Source: an uncultured Bacteroidaceae bacterium
GTDB taxonomy: Bacteria; Bacteroidota; Bacteroidia; Bacteroidales; GCA-2748055
Assembly (NCBI GenBank): GCA_964479445.1
Contig: CAYZMH010000002.1
Location: 43,367-107,366, forward strand
DNA: 64,000 nucleotides
Reading direction: 5' to 3'
The position numbers and the translations under genes are program-made. The notes below the pieces were generated by a model. The model ran no database searches. It was not told the DNA's origin and saw only the letters and a program-made list of their open reading frames with translations. Below, piece by piece: positions 29,935 to 38,078 of the stretch (the first letter of the stretch is position 1; each line of letters starts with the position of its first letter).

Positions 29935-29965
29935 CAAGCTATTCCGGATATCCAGAATAGCTTGT
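29934..29965. terminator. perfect 11-bp hairpin between convergent rsmE and a small ORF (possible bidirectional terminator, no U-tract)
   Basis: acaagctattc (29934-29944) pairs with gaatagcttgt (29955-29965) around a 10-nt loop. It starts at the last base of the rsmE stop codon and ends 1 nt before the stop of the minus-strand ORF. Confidence 0.4.
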
Positions 29966-30154
29966 CTACATACCTGCTCTGTTTAATGTACGTTTCACTA
30001 AATCAATTCCTGGATCTACCTCACAGGCAGCGAATACGGATTTGAGAAAGTCGTTCCTGAACAAATTGCATCCATCTTGTGTACAAAGAGAGAATTCAGG
30101 TATGGAAAAATCGTCTACAAGGTAGAAAAGGGTAGAAGTTTTGTTCATAGGCAA
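29966..30154 (-). CDS. hypothetical 62-aa protein downstream of the ECF sigma gene
   Basis: Only an ORF with a favourable position: same strand, 58 nt after the sigma gene, ending at the hairpin. No transmembrane segment or anti-sigma motif is visible. Confidence 0.3.
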   Translation of the reverse strand: MPMNKTSTLFYLVDDFSIPEFSLCTQDGCNLFRNDFLKSVFAACEVDPGIDLVKRTLNRAGM

Positions 30155-30212
30155 TCTGATTATATTTACCTAAAGAACGTTTAAAAAGAGGAATTATTGC
30201 GCCCAAAAACAC

Positions 30213-30803
30213 TTATACCATCGTTAGAGAGACATTGTTTACTTCAATTAATTTCCTAAGGTTTATTAATGCATAACGCATTCTTCCTAAGGCAGTATTT
30301 ATGCTTACTCCGGTTTGCTCAGCAATCTCCTTGAAGCTTAACCCACCAAAATGTCTTAAAAGAACTACTTCTCTTTGATCATCCGGCAATTCTTCGATCA
30401 GTTTTCGAATGTCTGTCCGGATCTGATTCTCAATGATTAGGTCTTCTACGTTATCTTCTGAAAAATCTTGGTTATTAAATAGATCAACCTCCGAATCATC
30501 GTTTGAGATGGAGTTTAACTGCTTCTCTTTTCGGAAATGGTCTATAATCAGGTTGTGTGCTATCCTTATGACCCAGGATAAGAATCGTCCATTATCTCTG
30601 TATTTACCACGCCTTAACGACTGGATAACTTTAATAAAAGTTTCTTGAAATATATCCTCCGTTAGGGCTTGATTCTTTACATTCAGAAGAATGTAGGTAT
30701 ATACCTTTCGACGGTGTCGGTTAATTAATTCTTCTGCGGAGGATTCGTCACCTTGTATAAACGCTTGTACCAATGCCTGGTCAGTCAGACTATCTCTTTT
30801 CAC
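30213..30803 (-). CDS. RNA polymerase sigma-70 family factor, ECF subfamily
   Basis: Region 2 (DIFQETFIKV...) and a region 4 helix-turn-helix (LSFKEIAEQTGVSINTALGRMRYA). 196 aa. Confidence 0.85.
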   Translation of the reverse strand: MKRDSLTDQALVQAFIQGDESSAEELINRHRRKVYTYILLNVKNQALTEDIFQETFIKVIQSLRRGKYRDNGRFLSWVIRIAHNLIIDHFRKEKQLNSISNDDSEVDLFNNQDFSEDNVEDLIIENQIRTDIRKLIEELPDDQREVVLLRHFGGLSFKEIAEQTGVSINTALGRMRYALINLRKLIEVNNVSLTMV

Positions 30804-30914
30804 AATTTATTCCTTATTGGTTCAGCGTAAAGGTGTTTCGATAGGCTTTTAATCTTTTGTTTCTAACTTATTTACTTCGCAATTAAGTGAAAAAATATCT
30901 TAATGCAAAATCAT

Positions 30915-30922
30915 TACCTTTG
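30915..30922 (+). promoter_or_regulatory. candidate -7 promoter box TACCTTTG for uvrA
   Basis: Exact TAnnTTTG match ending 28 nt upstream of the uvrA ATG (30951). Confidence 0.5.
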
Positions 30923-30950
30923 TTTTTCGAAATAAAACAAAACAAAATCT

Positions 30951-33743
30951 ATGCCAGAACACGGTGAAATAGGGATTTTTATTAAAGGGGCCAGAGTTCA
31001 TAATCTAAAGAATATTGATTTGCAAATAGCAAGGGATCATTTGATTGTAGTAACTGGAGTTTCTGGCTCAGGAAAGTCTTCACTGGCATTCGACACTCTT
31101 TATGCAGAAGGGCAGAGAAGGTATGTTGAAAGTCTATCGGCTTATGCTCGCCAATTTCTTGGTCGAATTGATAAACCCGATGTCGATTTTATTAATGGAA
31201 TTCCACCTGCAGTTGCCATTGAACAGAAAGTCAACACAAGAAACCCTCGGTCCACTGTAGGTACTTCAACAGAGATATACGATTATCTTAAACTTCTTTA
31301 TTCTCGCATAGGCAAGACCATTTCACCAATTTCAGGTAAAGAAGTTAAGCGTCACAATGTAACAGACGTTGTCAATTTCATTTTATCAAATAACAAGGGA
31401 ACAAAGTTGGTGATTCTGTCACCAAAGAAAATTCATCAGGATAAAAGTATTGACTATCAGTTAGATCTTTTCGCGCAACAGGGGATGACTCGTGCTTTGT
31501 TTCAAAATCAGCTCGTTCAACTTTCGGATCTCAATGTAAAAGAAGATTTAAGCTCTCTTAATGAAATTGATTTGGTTGTCGACCGGGTTGTATCCAGTAA
31601 TAAGAATGAGAACAGGAGTAGATTGGGTGACTCCATACAAACGGCATTTCAAGTAGGGAAAGGACATTGCTCTGTCTGGAATCCGGAATATAAATTACGA
31701 AGTGATTTTTCAAACCGTTTTGAGCTGGACGGAATGACCTTTGAAGAACCATCGGAGCATTTATTCAGTTTCAATAATCCACTTGGTGCGTGTCCGATTT
31801 GTGAGGGATATGGTATGGTTATTGGCATAGATGAGGATTTAGTCGTACCGCGTAAAGATCTCTCTGTTTATGATGATGCAATAGTTTGCTGGAAAGGTGA
31901 GAAAATGAAAAGATGGAAAGAGCGTCTGATTATGAATGCTGATAAATTTAGATTCCCTGTTCATAAGCCCTATTATGAACTTACAGACGAGCAGAAAAAT
32001 ATCTTGTGGAGAGGGAATAGATATTTCAAAGGATTGGATGCATTTTTTCGTCATCTTGAGAAAAAGAAGTATAAAATACAGTATCGTGTAATGTTATCGA
32101 GATATAGAGGTAAGACCACATGTTACGAATGTCGAGGAACACGATTACGAAAAGAGGCCGATTATGTTAAGGTGGGTAATAAATCAATATCCCAGTTGGT
32201 TCAGTTGCCGATAAGTGAGCTTGTACATTATTTTAGTACTCTTTTTCTGGATAATTTTGACCAGGAAGTAGCAGGTCGACTTCTTCATGAGATACAATCC
32301 CGGCTCGACTTCCTTATGAATGTTGGATTAGGCTATTTAACGCTTAACAGACTCTCTTCCACACTATCAGGAGGTGAGAGTCAGCGAATTAATCTTGCTA
32401 CATCTCTTGGTAGCAGTCTGGTTGGGGCATTATATATATTGGATGAACCTAGTATTGGATTGCATTCGAGAGATACCAACCGTCTTATAAATGTTCTTAA
32501 AAACCTTACTGGTCTTGGAAATACGGTTTTAGTTGTAGAACATGATGAGAAAATCATACGCTCTGCAGATATAGTAATTGATATGGGACCGCATGCAGGA
32601 AGAAATGGAGGCGAGGTGATATATCATGGTGCAAGTAATAGTATGGATAGTTCTACCCCGGGTTTGACAGCAGCATATTTATCGGGGAGTAAACGAATCT
32701 CTATACCTGCTGAGAGGCGCAAATGGAATAACTTTATTGAAGTTATAGGTGCTCGGGAGAATAATTTAAAAGGGATTAATGTTAAGATCCCTCTCAATGT
32801 ATTTACAGTAATTGCCGGCGTTAGCGGATCAGGAAAATCTTCCCTTATTAGTCAGATTCTATACCCTGCCATGAAAAAATCTTTGCATGGCAGTGGTGAT
32901 AAACCGGGCAAGTATGATATTATTGAAGGAGATCTTCATTTACTCGATCGCATAGAATTTGTAGATCAGAATCCTATTGGAAAATCTTCGCGATCGAATC
33001 CGGTTACCTACCTAAAAGCATTTGATGAAATTAGATCTCTCTTTGCCAATCAGTCAGGGTCAAAAGCCAGGGGATTCAAACCTGCTCATTTTTCTTTTAA
33101 CGTAGATGGAGGAAGGTGTGATGATTGTAAGGGAGAGGGAGAGATTAAAGTTGAGATGCAATTTATGGCAGATGTTCACCTTGTTTGTGAGACTTGCAAA
33201 GGGAAAAGATTTAAAGATGAAATACTGCAGGTTAAGTACAGGAACAAGAACATTCATGATATTCTTGAGATGACGGTTAATGAAGCGATTGATTTTTTTA
33301 ATCAGGCAAAGCCATTAATTAATGAAAGAATCGTGAAAAGACTTAAACCACTTCAGGATGTTGGATTGGGTTATGTTAAACTGGGTCAGTCTTCCAGTAC
33401 ACTGAGCGGAGGAGAGAGTCAACGTGTTAAATTGGCATACTTCCTCAGTAAGGAATCGGAGCGTGAAAAAGTGATGTTTGTTTTTGACGAACCAACTACC
33501 GGATTGCACTTTCATGACATTTCAATGCTTTTAGATGCTTTTTTTGCTTTGATAAGAAATGGTCATACAGTGATCGTAATTGAACACAATTTGGAGGTTG
33601 TTAAATCTGCTGATTGGATTATAGAACTTGGGCCGGAAGGTGGAGAAAATGGAGGTTTTCTTGTTTTCGAGGGTGTTCCGGAATATTTAATCGAAAAACA
33701 AACATATACATCCAAATACCTAATAGAAAAAATGAGCGATTAA
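30951..33743 (+). CDS. uvrA: excinuclease ABC subunit A
   Basis: 930 aa with two ABC ATPase modules (GVSGSGKSSL twice, LSGGESQR twice) and zinc-finger Cys pairs (CP.CEG, C..C.G). Confidence 0.95.
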   Translation: MPEHGEIGIFIKGARVHNLKNIDLQIARDHLIVVTGVSGSGKSSLAFDTLYAEGQRRYVESLSAYARQFLGRIDKPDVDFINGIPPAVAIEQKVNTRNPRSTVGTSTEIYDYLKLLYSRIGKTISPISGKEVKRHNVTDVVNFILSNNKGTKLVILSPKKIHQDKSIDYQLDLFAQQGMTRALFQNQLVQLSDLNVKEDLSSLNEIDLVVDRVVSSNKNENRSRLGDSIQTAFQVGKGHCSVWNPEYKLRSDFSNRFELDGMTFEEPSEHLFSFNNPLGACPICEGYGMVIGIDEDLVVPRKDLSVYDDAIVCWKGEKMKRWKERLIMNADKFRFPVHKPYYELTDEQKNILWRGNRYFKGLDAFFRHLEKKKYKIQYRVMLSRYRGKTTCYECRGTRLRKEADYVKVGNKSISQLVQLPISELVHYFSTLFLDNFDQEVAGRLLHEIQSRLDFLMNVGLGYLTLNRLSSTLSGGESQRINLATSLGSSLVGALYILDEPSIGLHSRDTNRLINVLKNLTGLGNTVLVVEHDEKIIRSADIVIDMGPHAGRNGGEVIYHGASNSMDSSTPGLTAAYLSGSKRISIPAERRKWNNFIEVIGARENNLKGINVKIPLNVFTVIAGVSGSGKSSLISQILYPAMKKSLHGSGDKPGKYDIIEGDLHLLDRIEFVDQNPIGKSSRSNPVTYLKAFDEIRSLFANQSGSKARGFKPAHFSFNVDGGRCDDCKGEGEIKVEMQFMADVHLVCETCKGKRFKDEILQVKYRNKNIHDILEMTVNEAIDFFNQAKPLINERIVKRLKPLQDVGLGYVKLGQSSSTLSGGESQRVKLAYFLSKESEREKVMFVFDEPTTGLHFHDISMLLDAFFALIRNGHTVIVIEHNLEVVKSADWIIELGPEGGENGGFLVFEGVPEYLIEKQTYTSKYLIEKMSD

Positions 33744-33770
33744 ATCTGTTAAATTAGAATATGTTTTTTG

Positions 33771-33800
33771 AAAAAAAACCGGGATAGAAGTTCCCGGTTT
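33771..33800. terminator. bidirectional rho-independent terminator between uvrA (+) and the 147-aa gene (-)
   Basis: 8-bp stem aaccggga/tcccggtt (33777-33784 with 33792-33799). It is flanked by A8 on one side (a U8 tract on the minus-strand transcript) and TTT on the other. Confidence 0.75.
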
Positions 33801-33824
33801 GTCTGTCTGAAATCGAAATCGATG

Positions 33825-34268
33825 TTAATTATCCTTGAAGCCGAACATGATGGCTACACATCCCTCTTCAGGTTCTTCAACCTGACCTTCTGGGACAGGT
33901 ACTTTAACTATTATTTTTAGCTGTTGGCTAGATTCCAACCTGAAATCCCACTTCCACTCGTAATCTTTGTATTTATTATTATACAATACCTTGCCGTTAC
34001 TATCGATAACCCTGAATTCTATATCATTAAGATTATTGGCACCACAAACACCTATACGATAATCGGTATCCGAGTAAAATGTCTTGTACAATTCAGCTTC
34101 CTCTCCTTCTATTAACAGAGCAGCATGGTAATTACCATCATGCTGATAAGGGGATAAACCGACTTTACAAATCTTTTTTGCAAACTGTTTGCACTGGGCA
34201 TTAACCGGCCTTGGTATTATAGCGACAAATGCAATAATTGTGAGTAAGAGTATGCCTTTTCTCATCAT
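33825..34268 (-). CDS. hypothetical secreted protein (147 aa)
   Basis: Signal peptide ending ...VNAQ followed by Cys-containing beta-rich sequence. No recognised family. Confidence 0.6.
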   Translation of the reverse strand: MMRKGILLLTIIAFVAIIPRPVNAQCKQFAKKICKVGLSPYQHDGNYHAALLIEGEEAELYKTFYSDTDYRIGVCGANNLNDIEFRVIDSNGKVLYNNKYKDYEWKWDFRLESSQQLKIIVKVPVPEGQVEEPEEGCVAIMFGFKDN

Positions 34269-34278
34269 TTTTCAGTAT

Positions 34279-35208
34279 TTAAGAAATATAGCTATTTCTG
34301 ATTTCTTTTACTTTGCCAACTAATTCGTCAAAAACTTCTCGCGTAAGATTGATTGTTGATTCCGATTTAAGCGTCGTAATGTTGGTTTCCGGGTCAACCA
34401 CAGCAGTATTCTCTCCCTGTTCGATCGTTATTTTATCAAATGTGGTTTTCAGATCGCGGATATCTTCTAATACTTTTTGTGCATCTGGATCATCTCCGGC
34501 TTCCTTTAATAAACTGATCATAATATCAATCGAAAGCTTTTGATCTACTATGCGGTCAACGATTTTGTTGTTCTCAATGGGAGCATCACCAACAAGATGA
34601 GTAGCTATGTGCAATCCTTCTACCCATCCACCAACAAGGATTATTGTTGCGGTACTTTCTAATCCCTGTTCTTTCAAGTATGAGCTTGAGTTCAAAAGTG
34701 TTTCTGATATTATGTCAATTATTACTTCCCTGTTGTTGATGTTATCTTCCAGGCGTTGAATGGTGGATTCATCAATTGCATCAAGAATGTTCAACCCATC
34801 TGCCATCTTCTTTGCGACTTCAATATAACTGAGTGTTGTTTGTGTTTGATCAAACAAACTGGCATAACTCAAATCAGTAGTATAAATTCCCAGGTTGAGA
34901 GCCATACTGAGGTTCGTGAGGTAATTCGATGAATTTTCAATTGGATTTAAGAGGCTTTCATCATAGGTTGCCCCAGCATTTTGGAGAATTTTTGCAGTTT
35001 CAATAGGGGAGGGAAGCGAATAGAAGACCCGTTTGGCTGTTTTGAATCGCTCCTGCGTTGTTTCGTCAATACCAGATTCAAACTCTTCATCCATCTCACT
35101 GCTGGTGTCATTTTGTTTGGGTCCGGACTTGCAACCTGCTACCGACAACGATATCGATAGAATGGTAATCGCTATAATTTTGCCAGACTCAAGAAGTTTT
35201 TTATTCAT
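34279..35208 (-). CDS. hypothetical lipoprotein (about 309 aa, helical)
   Basis: Start taken at MNKKLLESGKIIAITILSISLSVAGC (lipobox SVAGC). Followed by an acidic linker and a helical domain. Ends 10 nt before the next gene. Confidence 0.6.
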   Translation of the reverse strand: MNKKLLESGKIIAITILSISLSVAGCKSGPKQNDTSSEMDEEFESGIDETTQERFKTAKRVFYSLPSPIETAKILQNAGATYDESLLNPIENSSNYLTNLSMALNLGIYTTDLSYASLFDQTQTTLSYIEVAKKMADGLNILDAIDESTIQRLEDNINNREVIIDIISETLLNSSSYLKEQGLESTATIILVGGWVEGLHIATHLVGDAPIENNKIVDRIVDQKLSIDIMISLLKEAGDDPDAQKVLEDIRDLKTTFDKITIEQGENTAVVDPETNITTLKSESTINLTREVFDELVGKVKEIRNSYIS

Positions 35209-35417
35209 AGGGTCATGATTTAAGATTACTCGGAACACTTCTTATGAAGTAAAATTAATACTTTTTTTTTAATTTCAAAAGATGCTGTTTTATCCATAAA
35301 AACCAATAATGACAGGGGTTTGCTCCATTCCTGCAGATAAAATTGAAAGGATTAAAATCTTTGCCCGATAGCCCCGTTTAATCCAAGTAATTACAAGCAA
35401 TGCTCAATATAGGGGTT

Positions 35418-35452
35418 AAAAAAAAAACCGCAAAGGTATTTGCGGTTTTTTT
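35418..35452 (-). terminator. rho-independent terminator after the MORN-repeat gene (bidirectional shape)
   Basis: 9-bp stem aaccgcaaa/tttgcggtt (35426-35434 with 35439-35447) and a 4-nt loop. A10 lies on the plus strand (a U10 tract for the minus-strand transcript) and T7 on the other side. Confidence 0.8.
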
Positions 35453-35471
35453 CTGTAAGAGTGATTATGGA

Positions 35472-35912
35472 TTATTTATAAATCTCTTTGCGAACAAGGT
35501 TTCTATCTTTATCCCATGACTTCCATGTTCCTGTTCTTTCTCCTTGTTCATATTCAAATTCATAGCGTTTCATACCGTTTTTATCCCAGATAATCCATTT
35601 TCCGTGTTTCTTATTGTTCTTATAGTTTGCGATAGCTACAATCTGCTGATTCTGGCCATATTGTACCCAGGTACCATCAAACTCACCGTTTTCAAATGAC
35701 CTGATCTCAGAGATAGTACCATTGTCATTTAGCAGTTTATAGGTTCCGTCCAGATCATTTTCATCTAAATTGGTAAACTCTTCTTTCGAGAGTGAAAAAA
35801 CTATTTTGCCTTCATTGGCATTGTTTTCAGCAAGAATTTTTTGCGGATCTCCCTGCCCATATGCAATACCTGCAATTGCTACGATTGCTGAAATGATAAA
35901 TATTTTTTTCAT
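35472..35912 (-). CDS. MORN-repeat-variant / YwqK-family protein with signal peptide
   Basis: 146 aa with a signal peptide and repeated G....Y..G....G.W motifs (NGEFDGTW, KKHGKW, GERTGTW). Confidence 0.7.
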   Translation of the reverse strand: MKKIFIISAIVAIAGIAYGQGDPQKILAENNANEGKIVFSLSKEEFTNLDENDLDGTYKLLNDNGTISEIRSFENGEFDGTWVQYGQNQQIVAIANYKNNKKHGKWIIWDKNGMKRYEFEYEQGERTGTWKSWDKDRNLVRKEIYK

Positions 35913-35978
35913 GGCGATATGAAGTTATATTAGATACTTCTACACAATAGATTATCAATGTCGTTTACTTAATTAATA

Positions 35979-35986
35979 CAAAGTTA
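35979..35986 (-). promoter_or_regulatory. candidate -7 promoter box (TAACTTTG on the minus strand)
   Basis: Exact TAnnTTTG match 67 nt upstream of the ATG at 35912. Confidence 0.35.
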
Positions 35987-36095
35987 ATAAATATTTAACA
36001 TAACGTCAGTCCCTCAACCAAATATATTGTACCGATCACAATAACATAAATTTATCTCATCGGCATGGGTTAACATAAAATTAACACGTACCTTG

Positions 36096-36974
36096 TCAGA
36101 AGAGTCCGTCGGATAGTAATAACTCATATTCGTTATTGAGCTCATCTGTCCAGCCTACCATATAGCGGCTAAATTCACCGATATGCTGATCCATAATATT
36201 CGTTGCATAAGGATCCTGCATAATATCAAAGGGGAATTGCTTACGAGCAAAACGAATTCGTTTTCGATTATTTCGTTCATAGGTTCGATAAAGATCAACA
36301 GCACCGAAGAGGTGTAGAAAATTGTGTGCAATTTCAGCGGGGTATTTATAGCTTACTATTGCAAATTCAATGTCCGCAGTTGTATAGGTATTTACGGCCA
36401 AAGAAATGTCATCTCTGAAATAGTTATTTACGAAAAACATCAGGGCTACGCTTTCGACATTATATTCATCTCTTAAGAAAGCTACGAGCCTTTCTTTGTT
36501 ATCGGGTTTTTTCATTGGAGGAATACCGTCCTTTTCTTTAACATACATAGATTCTCCAACCATCTTTGAAACATAATCTCCCCAACGGTTTAGCGAAGCC
36601 ATTCCTTTTTTTAAATTGGGATCTGTGATAGACTGTTTGACGGTTTCTCTTGGTAGGTTTCTGTTAATGGTTGCATATTCGTTGCCAATATAATAGTCTG
36701 TCTTAATGTTAAGAGTAATATCATTCTTCTCGGCCTGCCCTTCAATCCACCTTTTTGCAACATGAATGGAATCAATCGTTGATAATATATCAAATTCCGT
36801 CCAGGGGTAGGTGGTTCTTGTATCCACAAAAACGAAATATAACAATACATCGTCACGAAGGTCTTTGCAAACATTATTATACCTCGCTTTACTAAAATCT
36901 TTTATGATCGAAGAAGGAGCCAGAAAAAATAGACTGGTAACTATTATAATAAGGATCTTATACTTATGCATCAT
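36096..36974 (-). CDS. hypothetical secreted protein with an HNFLH...GAVDLY motif (degenerate metallopeptidase-like?)
   Basis: Start moved to ATG 36974/36971 (MMHKYKILIIIVTSLFFLAPSS is a signal peptide). The track's longer ORF would overlap nth. The motif AHNFLHLFGAVDLY resembles HExxH...G..D.Y with Glu replaced by Asn. Confidence 0.55.
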   Translation of the reverse strand: MMHKYKILIIIVTSLFFLAPSSIIKDFSKARYNNVCKDLRDDVLLYFVFVDTRTTYPWTEFDILSTIDSIHVAKRWIEGQAEKNDITLNIKTDYYIGNEYATINRNLPRETVKQSITDPNLKKGMASLNRWGDYVSKMVGESMYVKEKDGIPPMKKPDNKERLVAFLRDEYNVESVALMFFVNNYFRDDISLAVNTYTTADIEFAIVSYKYPAEIAHNFLHLFGAVDLYRTYERNNRKRIRFARKQFPFDIMQDPYATNIMDQHIGEFSRYMVGWTDELNNEYELLLSDGLF

Positions 36975-37050
36975 TATAGCAATCTCTTTTAGATGCTTTA
37001 ACAAATGTAATAAAAACTCAATTAATGATAAGAGTATCTTGATATATAGA

Positions 37051-37692
37051 TTATTTGTGTGTTTGGCTGTAATATTTACAAACATCTGTGAGTCCGCATT
37101 TCTCACATTTTGGTTTTCTGGACAAACAAACATATCTCCCGTGAAGAATAAGCCAGTGGTGGGCCTTATGTACCAATTCTTCGGGTATGTATTTGATGAG
37201 TTGCATTTCTGCCTGAAGCGGGTCTTTAGCATGAGTTGTTAAACCAATTCTTGATGCCACCCTGAAAACATGGGTATCTACAGCCATTGCGGGTTTTGAG
37301 AAAGCAACAGATAGGATGACATTAGCTGTTTTTCTGCCAACACCTGGAAGTGTTATCAACTCTTCCAATGAAGAGGGAATTTTATCGTTAAATTGTTCAT
37401 GTACCACCTTTGCCATGCTCACAAGATGATTTGCTTTATTATTAGGGTATGAACAGCTTTTTATTAATTGATATACATCATAAGTTGTTGCTTGAGCAAG
37501 ATCATTTACTCTGGGAAAAAGTTCGAAAAACCCCGGTGTAATCATATTTACACGCTTATCCGTGCATTGTGCTGATAAGATTACTGCTACTATTAATTCA
37601 TAAGGATTATTATATGACAACTCCGTCTCTGCAATAGGCATTTTCTCGGAAAAGTATTGAATCATTCGCTCGAAACGCTCTTTTTTTGTCAT
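37051..37692 (-). CDS. nth: endonuclease III
   Basis: Helix-hairpin-helix motif LPGVGRKTANV, VDTHV, and the C-terminal 4Fe-4S motif C-x6-C-x2-C-x5-C (CLSRKPKCEKCGLTDVC). I prefer the ATG at 37692 because upstream starts overlap or abut a -7 box. Confidence 0.9.
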   Translation of the reverse strand: MTKKERFERMIQYFSEKMPIAETELSYNNPYELIVAVILSAQCTDKRVNMITPGFFELFPRVNDLAQATTYDVYQLIKSCSYPNNKANHLVSMAKVVHEQFNDKIPSSLEELITLPGVGRKTANVILSVAFSKPAMAVDTHVFRVASRIGLTTHAKDPLQAEMQLIKYIPEELVHKAHHWLILHGRYVCLSRKPKCEKCGLTDVCKYYSQTHK

Positions 37693-37710
37693 GCTTTCTA
37701 CTTTACACAT

Positions 37711-37718
37711 CAAATATA
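37711..37718 (-). promoter_or_regulatory. candidate -7 promoter box (TATATTTG on the minus strand) for nth
   Basis: Exact TAnnTTTG match 19 nt upstream of the ATG at 37692. Confidence 0.45.
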
Positions 37719-37867
37719 CATAATCCTATGATCATCGTGACTGCTATTTTCTCATAGAGTAAATCTCTGTAAATTGTTAATTATTTCAATATATTTCAGG
37801 AAAACAGTAAATTATTCCCCTCAAAGTTTAATAAATCATTAAAACCAAGCCTTATTTATTTATGTTT

Positions 37868-37899
37868 TTTGTTTTTTCAAATTATAATAACTACGTTTA
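37868..37899 (+). promoter_or_regulatory. candidate promoter of the aromatic leader/operon (TTTG-N20-TACGTTTA)
   Basis: -33-like TTTG (37868-37871) and an imperfect -7 box TACGTTTA (37892-37899, last G replaced by A), about 59 nt upstream of the leader ATG. Confidence 0.3.
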
Positions 37900-37957
37900 C
37901 CGACACAAATTACTGGTATTCATAAATACATTGTAATTTATCAGAAGAACATTTGTT

Positions 37958-38029
37958 ATGAGCAATTACGGTTACACTTATTATTTTTATTATTTCTTCT
38001 TTGGATCAGGGGAAAAACCGGGATGCTAG
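37958..38029 (+). CDS. aromatic-amino-acid leader peptide (23 aa: MSNYGYTYYFYYFFFGSGEKPGC)
   Basis: ATG...TAG mini-ORF read codon by codon. 6 Tyr and 4 Phe codons fall within 12 consecutive codons (37967-38002). It lies between a candidate promoter and a terminator that abuts pheA. Confidence 0.65.
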   Translation: MSNYGYTYYFYYFFFGSGEKPGC

Positions 38030-38060
38030 GTATTCAAAATATAGTTGGTAAATCCCGGTT
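38016..38060 (+). promoter_or_regulatory. antiterminator pairing of the attenuator
   Basis: aaccgggat (38016-38024, the last codons of the leader ORF) is the exact complement of atcccggtt (38052-38060). That second segment includes 7 nt of the terminator's 5' arm, so the two structures are mutually exclusive. Confidence 0.6.
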
Positions 38061-38078
38061 AAACCGGGATTTTTTATT
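38050..38078 (+). terminator. attenuator terminator immediately upstream of pheA
   Basis: 9-bp stem aaatcccgg/ccgggattt (38050-38058 with 38064-38072) and loop ttaaa. The U-tract tttttatt (38071-38078; its first two T also close the stem) runs into the pheA ATG at 38079. Confidence 0.7.

Noticed and set aside
36811-37242. A 143-aa plus-strand ORF, and the 86-codon N-terminal extension of the minus-strand ORF 36096-37232 that overlaps nth.
   Set aside because: Both overlap the 3' end of nth. The extension precedes a clear signal peptide that starts at the internal Met codons (36974/36971). The plus-strand ORF is antisense to two genes and has no motif.
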